A DNA stretch of 63,549 bases, filler included, from Octopus bimaculoides (GCF_001194135.2; 8 parts of 8 records of this genome joined end to end with filler, not necessarily neighbours in it); one strand, 5' to 3'. Shown: positions 38,756-53,259, numbered from the whole stretch's first letter. Program-made: numbers and translations. Notes: generated by a model from the sequence alone, not told the origin.

Positions 38756-41700
38756 AAAGTCATTAGGGCATAGTTTGTCCCTTCACATAATGTGCTTATT
38801 GCTATGATTGTGGTGTACATTTAGGAAAGCTATATGGCCAATCATCTTGATCACATTAATTGACTGATACTTTATTTTATCAACTCCAGAATGATAAAAG
38901 CTAAAGTTGATCTTGATGAGATTTAATTACTTCATATAAAATTATGTAACTCAGTTTCACAAGGATATGCTCTCTCAATCCAACCAGCTGTCACACTAAC
39001 GAATACTAGTAGGACATGTCTAGTATTTGAATCATTCTCAATTCTACTTTATCCTTGACAATCTTAAATATATCCATAGGGCCATATAAATAAAGTCAAA
39101 TTCCAAGTGGTGAAAATTTCATTCAACCCAAACTAGCATAAGAAACCAGATGATTGCAGTAATGATATCAAGGTTGATTTTAATTACAATTAATAATTAA
39201 TTTTCTAATTGCCATGGTTAATTTGTTAGTTCATTTTCATCATTGACTCTTTTACAATTTTACAATTTTATATTTTACTAAAAAATAATTTGGTTGTTGA
39301 ATGCACTCAGTAAAACATCTATGTTTGACATTTATTTAAAAATATTACAAAATACCTCTAATTGGAATAACTTTTTAAAAATTGATAGGTTGATAGGTTG
39401 ATTGATTATCAGAATGAGTATAAACAAATTATATTTTAAAGATTACTCTCTTTGGGGTTTTTTTTCTTGTAACTTATAAGACTGTGGTGTCACATTTCCT
39501 TAAACACTTCAAATGAAACCCAAATTGTTAACCTTTGGTCAAGTGTTTATGTGGTTTTGTTGAGAGTTGATCTCTCATTTGCTTCATGCAACAACAATCT
39601 GAAATACTCTAGGGTATCATTAGTCATTTTTATTTAAAAAATCATTTAAATTATATTGTTTTATTCATTTAACTTGGATACAATACACACATTAACTTCT
39701 GACAGATAATAAAAATTATCAAAATTTAGGTAAGAATTCATATGAAATTTATTGTTTAGACTCTGGTACTTTGACCATTGACTTTTGCTAAAATATGAAC
39801 TATAAGATTACTGCTCCAACATTCATGAAGAAACTGCTGTATAAAAGGAAAATTAATGTAACTGTAGCAATTACACTATGTTGTCACTTATCTAACAATA
39901 AGATGAATGGAAAGTTAGATTATCTTCAAGTTCAGCTGGTGAGATAGAATTGCAAATGAAGAGTTCCTTCCATGAAGGAAATCCTAGCCATTGCAAAACA
40001 TCCTTACACTGTGTTAATTTCCCCTGGCAAGTCACATTTTGCACCTAGAAGCCACTCAGCATGCAAAGACGGCAATGATGTGAACCTCAGAAGAAGGAGA
40101 ATAGTCAAAGGATTGGCCTGAAACCAGCTGACACAAGACATTCTAGAAAGAGCTCAAATGCAGAGGGACCTGTTTCAGGTAAGTGGAAAGGACAGCAAAC
40201 ATGAAAAAGCTTGCTAATTTATGTGTCTCTCAATAACTGCCCTATGAGCACTCAGTATGTCTGTATATTTTGTTTACTTAAGTTTGTTAGACCATGTATC
40301 ACCATGATATTGCTGTAATCACCAGTAATATATTTGATTTAATTGTCAGTTTTACAAATAAAATAAGCTACAATATATTCCATTAAAATAGTCTAAGAGA
40401 AATGGATGATAGTTACCATAGGAACATAATATAACAAAAGAGATTCCACAATCAAATCAAAGTAAAGTAAAATTTAAAAACACTGGAGATACATAAATTG
40501 TGTATATCCTGGTATTCAAAACAAGAAATACTTAGCAGCTGTTTCTTGCAAGCCATGTAAAGCAGTGGTGTTCTTGGTGCTATGGTACCCTGCAGCACTT
40601 CAGAGATATCCATGTATACTGTCAATCTTTAGAAACATAATTTAAGAATTTAGAAAATCCATGCTTAATTTTTAAGTGTCTTGAAAAACATGATACTCAT
40701 AATTTTGTTACACACTAATCATACTACTCAAACTGTGAAAGCAAATGGTTTTCAATACTTTATCTGTGCTTTTCTAAATTTTTAACTTAAAATCAGATTT
40801 TTATGCTTCCCGTTAAGTACACAAATGAATTTTTTCATTAATTTTTTTCCTATGTGCCATGAAGTTAAAATAATTATGAAACACTGATGTAGGCTTCCTT
40901 CTTGGGTCATGGAAGATGTTGTTGAAGGTTTTGTTGTCAAAAGTAACAACATTGATTTTATGCAAATTCTCATAACAGATCAGTTGTGTGTTAGATAGGA
41001 ATGAAGAGGTGGGACATATTTCATTGAGAATCACATTACCGAACAAAATGTGTAAATGAAAGTCAGTAAACGGACCATATCCAGCCAAAATATTCTTCCT
41101 GTTTTATGTTCAAACCAGCCATATCTGGCCTCTCATTCCTCCCACCCGACAATGTCTCTTTAAAGATAAACAATCACATCATGAAAAGGCCAAAGCTTTG
41201 AGATAAAATCTGATTAATTCAAAACAATGTGATTAAATAAGTAATGAGAAAATGGTAAAGAGATAAAGAAATTTCCAAACTTAAGGTATCTGATTGTATT
41301 TAATGTCCCACATGGTAGTAGTGGGTGGAGAAAGAAAGATGCAACACTATAAAAACAGAAACTAAATAAAGATTCTCAAATTGTGGAAATTTAAAGTTTC
41401 ATTTGACGTCAGCTAGAGGTCATTTACATTTGTGATTTTGAAAAGTTATAGCAGGCTAAGTGTAGCAAATATTTTTGAAGAGGGTGCATACAGGCTTTCA
41501 ATAGGAAATATACATATACAGGTGCAGGCTTGACTGTGTGGTAAGAAGCTTGCTTCCCAACCACTTAAAGCCAGGAACTTTTCGGCACTCCCTCTTGCAT
41601 GAGTATATATATATGTGTGTAATACTTGGGTATGTGTGTCCTTGCATGCATATATATGCAGATACATATGAATGTTTACTTGTAGGATGTATATGTGCTT

Positions 41701-42711
41701 GTGAGTATATGAGGGTGAGTGTGTGTTTATTTGTACATTTGCATGTGTATATGTGTGCATATACATGTGCGAAGCTAGTTACATGTGACCTAAAAATCAT
41801 TCATGTGTCACTGCTGTACATGCTTGTCATAAGTTTGCTTTCACTCTATTAAATCTCCATTGAAACGAATATGAAATTAAGTCTTATGACTTGCTAGAAA
41901 TAGCAGCCAAATCTCCTTCAAATCCCAGCCTTGTAACATAAAAAAAGGAAGGACACATTAGAAAATGTGGTGGTAGATATGCAAAAACATGGAATGATCA
42001 TGGGCTGATCACATTTGATGCAAGGTTTGTTCTATCAGAGCTTACCTGAGGCCAAACAATGCGAACAACAAAAGCAATAACAAGCATACCATTCAGTTCA
42101 CAAATGACTGGGCAATATTTTACCATTTCTGAAACTCACTTCAAGCCTTTGATCATGTTTACATTTTAGTATAATACTGAGAAATTCTAATCAATTATTT
42201 TAAAATTATGAGTACAACTTTTTTTGCAGAAGTGGCACATTTATAGAGGTAAATTCAGAAAGAAAATCTTTAAGCAGTGTGGTGTCAGAATAGCATGAAG
42301 TCTATCCAAAAGTTGACTGTTAATTAGAAATTAATTATAGGAATATTGTAATTTATAAATTATGTTGAATATTAAATTATAATTCTTTATCTTAAGTCTT
42401 TATTTTGAAATACAATTCTTTATGTAAGTTGAATGTATTAAATAGCAAAAAAAGAAAAAATACAGTTAGACTATGAGGAGCTCTTATAAAAGAATACTAC
42501 TCACAAAAGACTTTTATGTACCTAATCTATGGCTAGACATAATTAAATGAGATTTCATAATCATAGTTATATGAAACAATGAGTTATGATAGAGAGAATG
42601 AAATTTATATAAACTTATCTAGTTATCTTTTAAATTGCGTATGGCTTAATTCATTTATGGTACTATTGATGTAAAAAATTAGACATTAGTTGTTTACTTA
42701 CAGGCACCAAA

Positions 42712-42900
42712 CTGGCTGGGTATTGAGAATGTTGGATAGAATAGCTTGTAGTATTTTTTCTAGATCTCTACATTCTGAGTTCAAGTCTAGCTGAGGTCAA
42801 CTTGCCTTTCAAGGTCAGTAAACAAAGTGCCAGTGATGGGCATTGAATAGATAGAATTGTTAGAATATCAGACAAGATGACCTGAGGTTTCTGTCCGAGC
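42712..42900 (+). mobile_element. degenerate SINE pieces
   Basis: CTGAGTTCAAGTCTAGCTGAGGTCAACTTGCCTTTCA matches the same family. Confidence 0.55.
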
Positions 42901-43035
42901 TCTTTTACACTTCAAATTCCAACTCATATCACATGCACAAAGTATACATATGCACGCAAACACACACACACACACACACACACATCACACACAGAAAAAA
43001 ATATGCGCGTACGTGTGAATGTGTGTATATGTGCG

Positions 43036-43330
43036 GGGCAACTTGAGCAAGTGTCTTTCACTATAACTTCGAGGCAACAAAAGCCTTGTGGGTGGATTTG
43101 GTAGATGGAAACTGAAAGAAGCCCGTCATATATGCATATACATTTGTATGTCTGTGTTTGTCCCCACCATCACCATCGCGTGACAACCGATGTTGGTTTG
43201 TTTACGTCCCCGTAACTTGGCAGTTCAGCAAAAGAGATGGATAGAATAAGTACTAGGCTTAGAAAGAATAAGTCCTGGGGTCGATTTGTTCAACTAAAGG
43301 CAGTGCTCCAGCATGGTTTGAGTCAAATGA
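43036..43330 (+). mobile_element. SINE (same family as 11195-11480)
   Basis: GAGCAAGTGTCTT..GGAAACTGAAAGAAGCCCGTC..ATAGAATAAGTACTAGGCTT..GGCAGTGCTCCAGCATGG. Confidence 0.85.
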
Positions 43331-43794
43331 GTGAATATATACATATATATATATATATANNNNNNNNNNNNNNNNNNNNNNNNNNNNNNNNNNNNNNNNN
43401 NNNNNNNNNNNNNNNNNNNNNNNNNNNNNNNNNNNNNNNNNNNNNNNNNNNNNNNNNNNNNNNNNNNNNNNNNNNNNNNNNNNNNNNNNNNNNNNNNNNN
43501 NNNNNNNNNNNNNNNNNNNNNNNNNNNNNNNNNNNNNNNNNNNNNNNNNNNNNNNNNNNNNNNNNNNNNNNNNNNNNNNNNNNNNNNNNNNNTATATATT
43601 CCCTTCAAAATTGCTCTTAACTGTGGTTTGGATTTTTTGACTGTTCTTTCTAGTATGTTAGGCAACCTGTACACTAATTTATATGTGTGTGTGTGTGTGT
43701 GTGCGTGAGAAAGTCATGAAATGGCACTTGCTTTCGAATTTAAGATGTTTCGAAATGTTTAATTCATACATATATTCACCTTCTCCTGCAGCGG

Positions 43795-44700
43795 TCTTAC
43801 CAGAAATATAGCATGAGTGGTACTTTTCCCTGGCACAAACCCAAACTGCATCTCATCTCATCTAAACTATCTCTCTCCCTAATTAGTTGGGTTATGACCC
43901 GCTCCATGACTTTCATCACATGATCCAACAATGTGATGCTTCTGTAATTATTCGTATCTAATGCGCCACCTTTACCTTTGCTGCAGTTTTCTATGGTACA
44001 TCTTTTGTTGGGTATGAATCCTTCGTGTATCACCTGATTGACTATACAGGTGACTAGACTATTGCCTACACTGCCAGATATATTAAGCATCTCAGCAGTG
44101 ATTCTTGATGGGCTGAGTGCTTTCCCTGTCTTCATACCCTTAATTGCTTTATCTACCAAGGTACTGTCAATTCGGATAGCTGGTCCCAATGTTGGGTCAA
44201 CATTTGAAAGACTCTCTTTCTCCCATTCATTCTCTTCATTTAGCAAACTTTCATAGTAGCATCTCCAAGTCTCTCTCTTTCCAGAATCATTAAATGCAAG
44301 TGAGCTATCATCCATTCGGACACATTTCTTTCCTATGACATCACAATTTTCTCTCACATATTGTCTTGCAATTCGAAACAATTCAAGTTGCTGGTCCTCA
44401 TGATGCTGAACGTTAGTGAATTTTTTTGTATCTGTTTCCCCTCTGGCTAAGTAACCCTGTTTCTTAGCTTCCCTTCTGATGATCTCATACAGTTCCCTAC
44501 TACCACAACACTTCCAGTCCTTCCATGCCTGTTTCTTTTCGTTAATGGCTTTATCAACTACATTGTTCCACTACCAAGTTACATTAGGTCGAGAGGGGAC
44601 TTTGCACCAGCCCTCAACAGGTTGTCTCGTAGAAGCCTCCACTTGTCCTCCGCATTATGTGATGCTATATCCTTCTCATTTTTGTCAAAAACTTCAAGCA
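43795..44700 (-). mobile_element. RTE-clade LINE fragment (linker and start of RT)
   Basis: ORF 44381-43797: FRIARQYVRENCDV..WRCYYESLLNEENEW..KAIKGMKTGKA..AEML..KGKGGALDTNNYRSITLLDHVMKVMERV..LDEM. Confidence 0.9.
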
Positions 44701-44721
44701 TTACGCCTCTAAATCTCTGTA

Positions 44722-44755
<34 letters not shown>

Positions 44756-44844
44756 CGACGACGACGACGGTGGTGGTGGTGGTGGTGAAGAAGATAATGA
44801 TGGTGAAGATGATAATGATAGTGAAGATGATAATGAAGATGATA

Positions 44845-44877
<33 letters not shown>

Positions 44878-44934
44878 GGTGTGGTGGTGGTGGTGGTGGT
44901 GATGGTGGTGTGGTGGTGGTGTGGTGGTGGTGTG
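44722..44934. repeat. compound (GAT)/(GAC)/(GGT) microsatellite
   Basis: Directly visible. Confidence 0.95.
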
Positions 44935-45501
44935 NNNNNNNNNNNNNNNNNNNNNNNNNNNNNNNNNNNNNNNNNNNNTTAATTAATTAANNNNNNNNNN
45001 NNNNNNNNNNNNNNNNNNNNNNNNNNNNNNNNNNCACACACACACACACACACACACACACATGCACACACACACACACACACACATGCACACACACACT
45101 GTAGATGAGATATGGCGATGGGAAAGGGTGTGCGGATAAGTTGAATGATATGAACCTCCAACACGAAAGACTTCTATCTATAAATAACTTCACCATTTTA
45201 TTTTACTTCGGAAAGTGATGAAATTCGCAGAGATATATAATAACCATTCATAAGTTCCACTCTATTATTATGGATGAAATGGTATTGATTTTTTTTTTTA
45301 CAAATGAACTGCTTCAAGTAGTAGTGGTCGTGGTGATAGTGTTGTTGTTGTTGGTGGCGGAGGCGGACGGCGGTTGTGATGCTGGCAGATGATGTGTTGT
45401 GATACCGTTAGCAGGTGTTATGGTGTTGCTTGTTGTTGTTATTGTTGTTGTTGTTGCGGTGCTTGCACTTACAGATTAGTAAGGTAGTACATCGCCCGTC
45501 A

Positions 45502-45568
<67 letters not shown>

Positions 45569-45589
45569 TTCTCTCTCTCTAACTGTTCG

Positions 45590-45622
<33 letters not shown>

Positions 45623-45739
45623 TATTAGATAGGATTATTATTATTACTAGACATGTATATATGTATATACACGCATCCATACATATATATCCATACATAT
45701 ACACACACAGATACGCGCGCGCACACACACACGCACTCA

Positions 45740-46241
45740 TATATACGTATATATGTCTATGTATGTGTGTGTATGTATAAAATATGTGAGAAAGACAATG
45801 GAATTCACGAGAATATTATTCACTACGATTGTTTCGACCCATCATGCATCGGTCCCTCGCGGGTGTACAAACAATTTTGGTGCATTGTAGATGCAGATGT
45901 GCTTTGGCATGTGACTTGTCAAACGGCACCTCGCTTTTGAATCTTCGTTACACTTCTTCCGATTAGAATACATTTTGGTAGTTGTAGTTGGCTAAACGCA
46001 TACGCGAGAAATTTCGGTTATAAAGAATAACACTTCTCGTATAAGCAATAAAGTGATTTACAAAAAAAAAAATCAAAAATAAAATGAAATATAAAATTAA
46101 TATGAAATAATATGCTTTACACTGATAACGATGCGTGATGGGTCGAAACCGTCGTAGTGAATAATACTCTCGTGAATTCCATTGTCTTTCACACATATTT
46201 TATACATACGCATACACACACATAGACATAAGTACGTATAT
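45740..46241. repeat. inverted repeat, about 112-bp arms with about 277-bp spacer
   Basis: 45740-45851 is the reverse complement of 46129-46241 with few mismatches. Confidence 0.88.
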
Positions 46242-46932
46242 ATGTGTGTGTGTGTGTGTGTGGATAGAANNNNNNNNNNNNNNNNNNNNNNNNNNNNNNN
46301 NNNNNNNNNNNNNNNNNNNNNNNNNNNNNNNNNNNNNNNNNNNNNNNNNNNNNNNNNNNNNNNNNNNNNNNNNNNNNNNNNNNNNNNNNNNNNNNNNNNN
46401 NNNNNNNNNNNNNNNNNNNNNNNNNNNNNNNNNNNNNNNNNNNNNNNNNNNNNNNNNNNNNNNNNNNNNNNNNNNNNNNNNNNNNNNNNNNNNNNNATAT
46501 ATATATATATACCCACGCAAAAAAATCTTGAAATAAAACTGAACAATGCCATACATACATACAGTAACATATACATACTTACTATCCAGTTAATGTCTAA
46601 ATTCAAACGAAAGAGCCTTGTTTCTATCTTAGAACCTTGTTTTTTTTGCATTGGCGAGAAATTCGAAGAGTAAAACCAGAAGAACTTACACACTGACAAC
46701 CCCTACACACACACACACTAACACACACACAAATATTTATTAAACATTCACTTTCTTTCTCCCTCTTCTTTCCCTTTGTCTCTATATATTTATATGAATG
46801 CATGTTTGTATGTATACACATACATACATACCTACTTGCATGTATACATACATATAACTCACATACACACACATACGCATACATATATAATCTATACACA
46901 CGCATACATGAATACACGCGCGCACGCGCACG

Positions 46933-46966
<34 letters not shown>

Positions 46967-47526
46967 TACATATGACTAAATAAGAAACAGACAGAAATGT
47001 TTCGGAGTCGGAATCTGTTCATCAATGATTCCTTTTTTTGATGTTAACCGTTGTCTACATTGATGTCAGTTCAAACGTTGTTGTTAAGTAAATGGTTATT
47101 CTTTTTGATCATTGGAATCAGAGAAAACTTTTATTAAAGGCAGGCGCGCTATTGCATGCAAATTTCTATTCACCAAACTGGAAGATCGTTCGAAACAAAA
47201 TGGCGGCCAATAGTTCTTTTTTTTTCTTCCTTTTTCGACAACGTCGCCCGAGACGCTAGCAACTACGATTGCAATAGCAGTACCAAAATGTTTAGCAGTG
47301 TTATAAACGTGCGAGAGATATCACTGTTATTATGTTCCAAAAACTGAGCAATAAATAAACAAAATAAATAAATAAATAAATAGATAAATAAATAAACTGA
47401 CGGATAAACAAAAGATTGAATGTGTTCCCCATTTGAATATGTTTTTACGCTACTGCCTACGATAATAATGATTACGATGGCTCAGATATATTTCATTGCT
47501 GTCTATCTACGTATATAGAAATGCAG

Positions 47527-47596
<70 letters not shown>

Positions 47597-47693
47597 CGCG
47601 CATGCATGTATGTAAACACCACTATTTGAAATAAAGGGTATTACTATTTATTTATTTATATATCTAAATATATTTCTTTCTCTTGTCCTTTCT

Positions 47694-47724
<31 letters not shown>

Positions 47725-47745
47725 ATATATATGTATGTATGTGTG

Positions 47746-47780
<35 letters not shown>

Positions 47781-48681
47781 ATCTATATATATATTTTCAT
47801 TTGTATGTATATATTTATGTTCACCTCTCTCTCTGTCTTTGTCTGTCTGTCTGTCTGTCTCTCTCCTTTTATACATTTCGTTCGATTGCAGCCATGCTGC
47901 AGTACCTTCTTGGAGTCTTGTTCTTATTCTATTGCCACTTTTGCCGAACTGCCAGAATATAAAGGGATGTAAAGGAACCGATGCCGGNNNNNNNNNNNNN
48001 NNNNNNNNNNNNNNNNNNNNNNNNNNNNNNNNNNNNNNNNNNNNNNNNNNNNNNNNNNNNNNNNNNNNNNNNNNNNNNNNNNNNNNNNNNNNNNNNNNNN
48101 NNNNNNNNNNNNNNNNNNNNNNNNNNNNNNNNNNNNNNNNNNNNNNNNNNNNNNNNNNNNNNNNNNNNNNNATATATATATATATATATATATAACTATC
48201 TATATCTTTTGTATTTTCTTTTTCTTTTGTTATGTTAACCTTTGATTATTAATCTCTTCGTCCTTATTGCATTCTTTGTTCATACTGACCTTACCCACCT
48301 ACTCCCCATCCCTCTATCCCCTCTCTTTCTCTCTGTGTGGTCGACAATATCTACATTGACTTGTTATTATTTGTTTGCTGTTTGCTTTAAGGCTTTGTTT
48401 GTGTGTATTTCGCATGATTACAGCAATGACTACGACTTAATGGTTGTATATTCGCTGCTGAATTACTGATGATCTATGATTACCTCATTGAAACGTAGAT
48501 ATACAATAGAATAATAATGCGAAATAGGCTTTCTGTATTTCTCAGCGTATGTATACGATGGTGCGCTCAGTAACACACTCATAGAAATAAATGTATGTAT
48601 ATATATATGTATATATATGTATGTATGTACAGGTATGTACAGTATGCCAATATATATATGTATGCAAATATCTATGTATTT

Positions 48682-48730
<49 letters not shown>

Positions 48731-48761
48731 CTTATATACATAGATACTTATATATGTAGAA

Positions 48762-48834
<73 letters not shown>

Positions 48835-49044
48835 CATAATGTTGTGTCTGTGTCTGTGTCGCTTAACAGCCGATGTTGGTGTATTTACGTCCCCATAACT
48901 TAACGGTTCGGTAAAAGATCCGATAGAATAAGTATCAGGCACATAAAGAATAAGTCTTGGTGTGTAAAAACATAATATACACATGCATGAATCCAAGGTA
49001 TACTCATACGAACCCATAATATTCACAGTTTAAGCATTTTGTAG

Positions 49045-49401
49045 AATACATACATATATACACGCATACATACATATATGCATACATACAAACATACATG
49101 CATACATGCATACATACGTACATACATAAATACATGCATGCATGCATACATGCATACATACATAGTGCATACATACATACATGCATGCATGCATACATAC
49201 GTACATACATACATGCATTCATACACGCATACATACATTCATACATGCATACATACATCCATTTATGCATACATACATATATACATGCATGCATACATAC
49301 GTACATGCATACATGCATGCATACATACATGCATACATACATGCATACATACATACATTAATGCATGCATACATATATATGCATATTTATACCCAAATAA
49401 G

Positions 49402-49500
<99 letters not shown>

Positions 49501-49510
49501 GTATGTACAC
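49045..49510. repeat. compound ATAC/ATGC/AT alternating purine-pyrimidine satellite
   Basis: Directly visible; includes a pure (AT)n run of about 80 bp. Confidence 0.95.
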
Positions 49511-50980
49511 ACACTGACATACATATCACTTCTTCAATTAGATCTACAAATTTGGAATTTTCTAGAATACATATACATACATGCATACACTCACATGTGT
49601 ATAGATACAAACGCAAACGGAAAGTACATATACATGTATACATACACATATCCACGCGCATACTGCCATATGCATTTACATTCATTTAAGCAAGGAGTAA
49701 TTAACTCAAATGAGTTGATCATTGCGTTTCTCGTTCCTCTTAGAACGGTTTCCTTTTAAAGTTATTGCGGTGTACAACAACAACAACAAGAACGACAGCA
49801 ACAACAACAATATTGAAAAAAAAAAACAGAAAGAAAAAGAAAAATACAAAAAAAAAANNNNNNNNNNAAAAAAAAAAAAAATGTAAGTGAAACGTAAACA
49901 AGTTTTTCTTCAAAAGAAATAATATTGAGATCATGTTACTATTAACTTCGATTTTAATCAATACGTCGTATGAAAATATTGATTTTAGTTTTATTTGATA
50001 AAAGTACCATGTTGGCATCATTATTTTCCAATTAAATGAAGCGTTCTAGTGTTATTTATAATATATTCTTTGAATAAGGAACAAAATAGAAACAAAACAA
50101 AACCGTAAACATTGTTGAGGTGGGCAAAAATGGAAGTACTTGTATGTTTAATGTTGTAATTAGCTTCAAATTGGAATATGATTAATGAAAAAATCTACTT
50201 TTCATCTAACCACTCACAAATGTGTAACGGTACCAACAATAATGGTCAATAATTGTAGCAATAAATACTATGTCGTTCTTTTACTACTCGTTCCAGTCAC
50301 TGAACTGCGAAATTCTGGTATCTGCAGTTCTCGTTCATTCCCGAAGCGGCTTTGTTTCGCCTATCTCTGAAGTACAATGTATTACATCTAACGCTATATA
50401 TCCTTCAAGGAGACTTTCTCGAACGAAAAATCGTAGCTTCTGGCGTTTCAACAACACAATACAAAATATGTCATAGCAATAATGTTTACTTGATTACATT
50501 ACGACTATCATAAAATCTAAATTTATTCTACTTACGTAACACAAACGCAAATCAGCAAATAGTTTTTACGCTATTTGTATAGACTTCAGTCTAGCGATTC
50601 CGATTTTAATTTCAGTTGTGAGGCGAGCGCACGGCATTGACACCCAACGAAATATTGGTATCTGCCGGCCTCGTTCACTTCCAGGACGATTTCGTTTTGC
50701 CTTGCTTTGAAGTATACTGTGTCTTTTAACACTATATATCTTTAAAGGGTTCTTTCCAGGAAGAAAAGACCACAAATCCTGGCCGTTAAACAACACACAT
50801 CTGGTTAAATATGTCATATTGATATTGCTTACGTTAATGGACTGCTTCTAATGTATAATATATATATATATACACACACATGCATATACATACATACGTA
50901 GACACACGCACATATACATATATACATACATGGATATGTGTGTGTCGTTGTACTTGCTTCCATGTCTGTCTGTCTGTTTG

Positions 50981-51074
<94 letters not shown>

Positions 51075-51504
51075 CACCATACACCTGTAAACACATGTCG
51101 AATGCGTTAACATTTCCATATTTCCAAATGTTGGAACGATGAACTTCAGCCAATAAATATTGATTATTTGATAAGGTGAATTTTCCTTCTCGTCAAATCG
51201 TAACAGCAGAGTGAATCTATGGAATTTTCGAAATTCTAATATGTTATATGTCTGTTAAAGAGCAGCCAAAGAAAATTATCTCCATTCACCTTACTGTGAC
51301 CCTTCCCTCTGCCAAACCCGGCATCAAAGTGACGTATCTTTCTTTCTATTCTTTCTCCTTTCATTTTTAACATGGACAGACGAATCATATGCACATATAT
51401 GCACATATGTAAACATGCACGAACGCATGCAACGTTATGTCCACACATACACACTCACAAATATGTGCATGTATATATACATATACATATATACATACAT
51501 ACAT

Positions 51505-51582
<78 letters not shown>

Positions 51583-51875
51583 CACACACAAGCGCAAGTA
51601 TAAATACACGTACATACTAATACATATTCATACATACATATATTAACACAAGCAAATATGGTGCAGAAACATATACGTATATACTTATACATAAGTACTG
51701 CACTTACGTTGTGATGTGTGGATTTTTTCGGGTTTTTAAACAAACTTTGTTTTCATTTAAACTCTTGTCGTTACCATGAGCATCTTATATTTCGTTTATG
51801 GAGTGATTCTGGACTACTATACTCCTCAGATGCAAACTTATGGGAATGTGTTGTACACCATTTGACTGTACTCCA

Positions 51876-51948
<73 letters not shown>
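51876..51948. repeat. (ACT)n microsatellite
   Basis: Directly visible. Confidence 0.95.
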
Positions 51949-51949
<1 letters not shown>

Positions 51950-52404
51950 ACGTACTTATATATGAAACGGATTATATCACAGTTGCATAACGAAATACAG
52001 TGTCCCTACCTGCAATTAATTCATGCAAACTGTGAACTTTAACCCACCCGCCTTGCGTACATATGTCTGTTGAAATTCATTGAAGCTGAAAAGTTACACA
52101 GAATCTTATTGAGAAATTCGCGCAACCAGTCTTCAATTATTTCTGTCTGAAGTCCTGTTTCGTGAAACTCCGAGTAACGGTCATGAAGTTTTTTTTAAAA
52201 ATTTTTCAATAAAACTCCGCATTTACCTCTCTCTTTTGGCATTCAAGTACCTTGTTTTGCACTTATGTGTCCGCAGGGATGCACACACATACAAGCATTA
52301 ATATAATTCTGGGTGAAACGGAAGAAAAAGGCGTCATGAAAGGAACAAGGGAAGAACATTGCGACCAGCGATCTATAGAGACATCTGATAATCCGGTTGA
52401 TAAG

Positions 52405-52447
<43 letters not shown>

Positions 52448-52606
52448 TATATTCATACAATGGCGTAATCAGCGTATTAGCGTGTGGGACATAGAAACTC
52501 GACCACACATTGATTTCATTTGTCCTTTGTTTATCCTCAAGATGATTATGATGATGATGATGATGATGATGAAGATGATAATAATGATGATGATGATGTT
52601 GACGAC

Positions 52607-52641
<35 letters not shown>

Positions 52642-52985
52642 GGCTGATGATGATGATAACAAATATTGCAATGGAGGACATCTCAGCATTTGCCGTTGTT
52701 TTTATTATCGAAAGCAAACAAATACAGTGAAATACTTACAGTAAATATGGAGACACACACAGACAATAAGAATAATGAAAAATAAAAAAAAACAAGCCTT
52801 AAATATATTCGGTCATGTATTGATTGAAGTGAAGTGGACCCGTCTGAAATTATTGAATGAATAAACTAGACCGTAAACCTGCCCACCCCTTCCTTTATCC
52901 CACATAATAAACTCTACCGGTTAATGAATGACACGACGTGATGTTTCATAAAGGATTGGCTGGCAATATGCTTCTCATCATATAC

Positions 52986-52987
<2 letters not shown>

Positions 52988-53021
<34 letters not shown>

Positions 53022-53024
53022 TCT

Positions 53025-53061
<37 letters not shown>

Positions 53062-53067
53062 ATCTCC

Positions 53068-53107
<40 letters not shown>

Positions 53108-53228
53108 ACGTCTCTCATCTTTCTCTTTCTTTCTCCTCCATCTCGCATTCCTCTCGTTTATTTTTGTTTGCTTCCTTTCTTCTTTGCTATACTTTCCTTC
53201 CTTCTTTCCTTCCTTCTTTCCTTCCTTC

Positions 53229-53259
<31 letters not shown>

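Noticed and set aside
40813-41088. 91-aa minus-strand ORF of ordinary composition
   Set aside because: No recognisable domain or clear splice signals. It adjoins a MITE-like repeat at about 41070-41260 and is probably decayed transposon sequence.
50566-50817. CpG-rich unique stretch with possible small exons
   Set aside because: Splice sites are weak and no frame gives a recognisable product.
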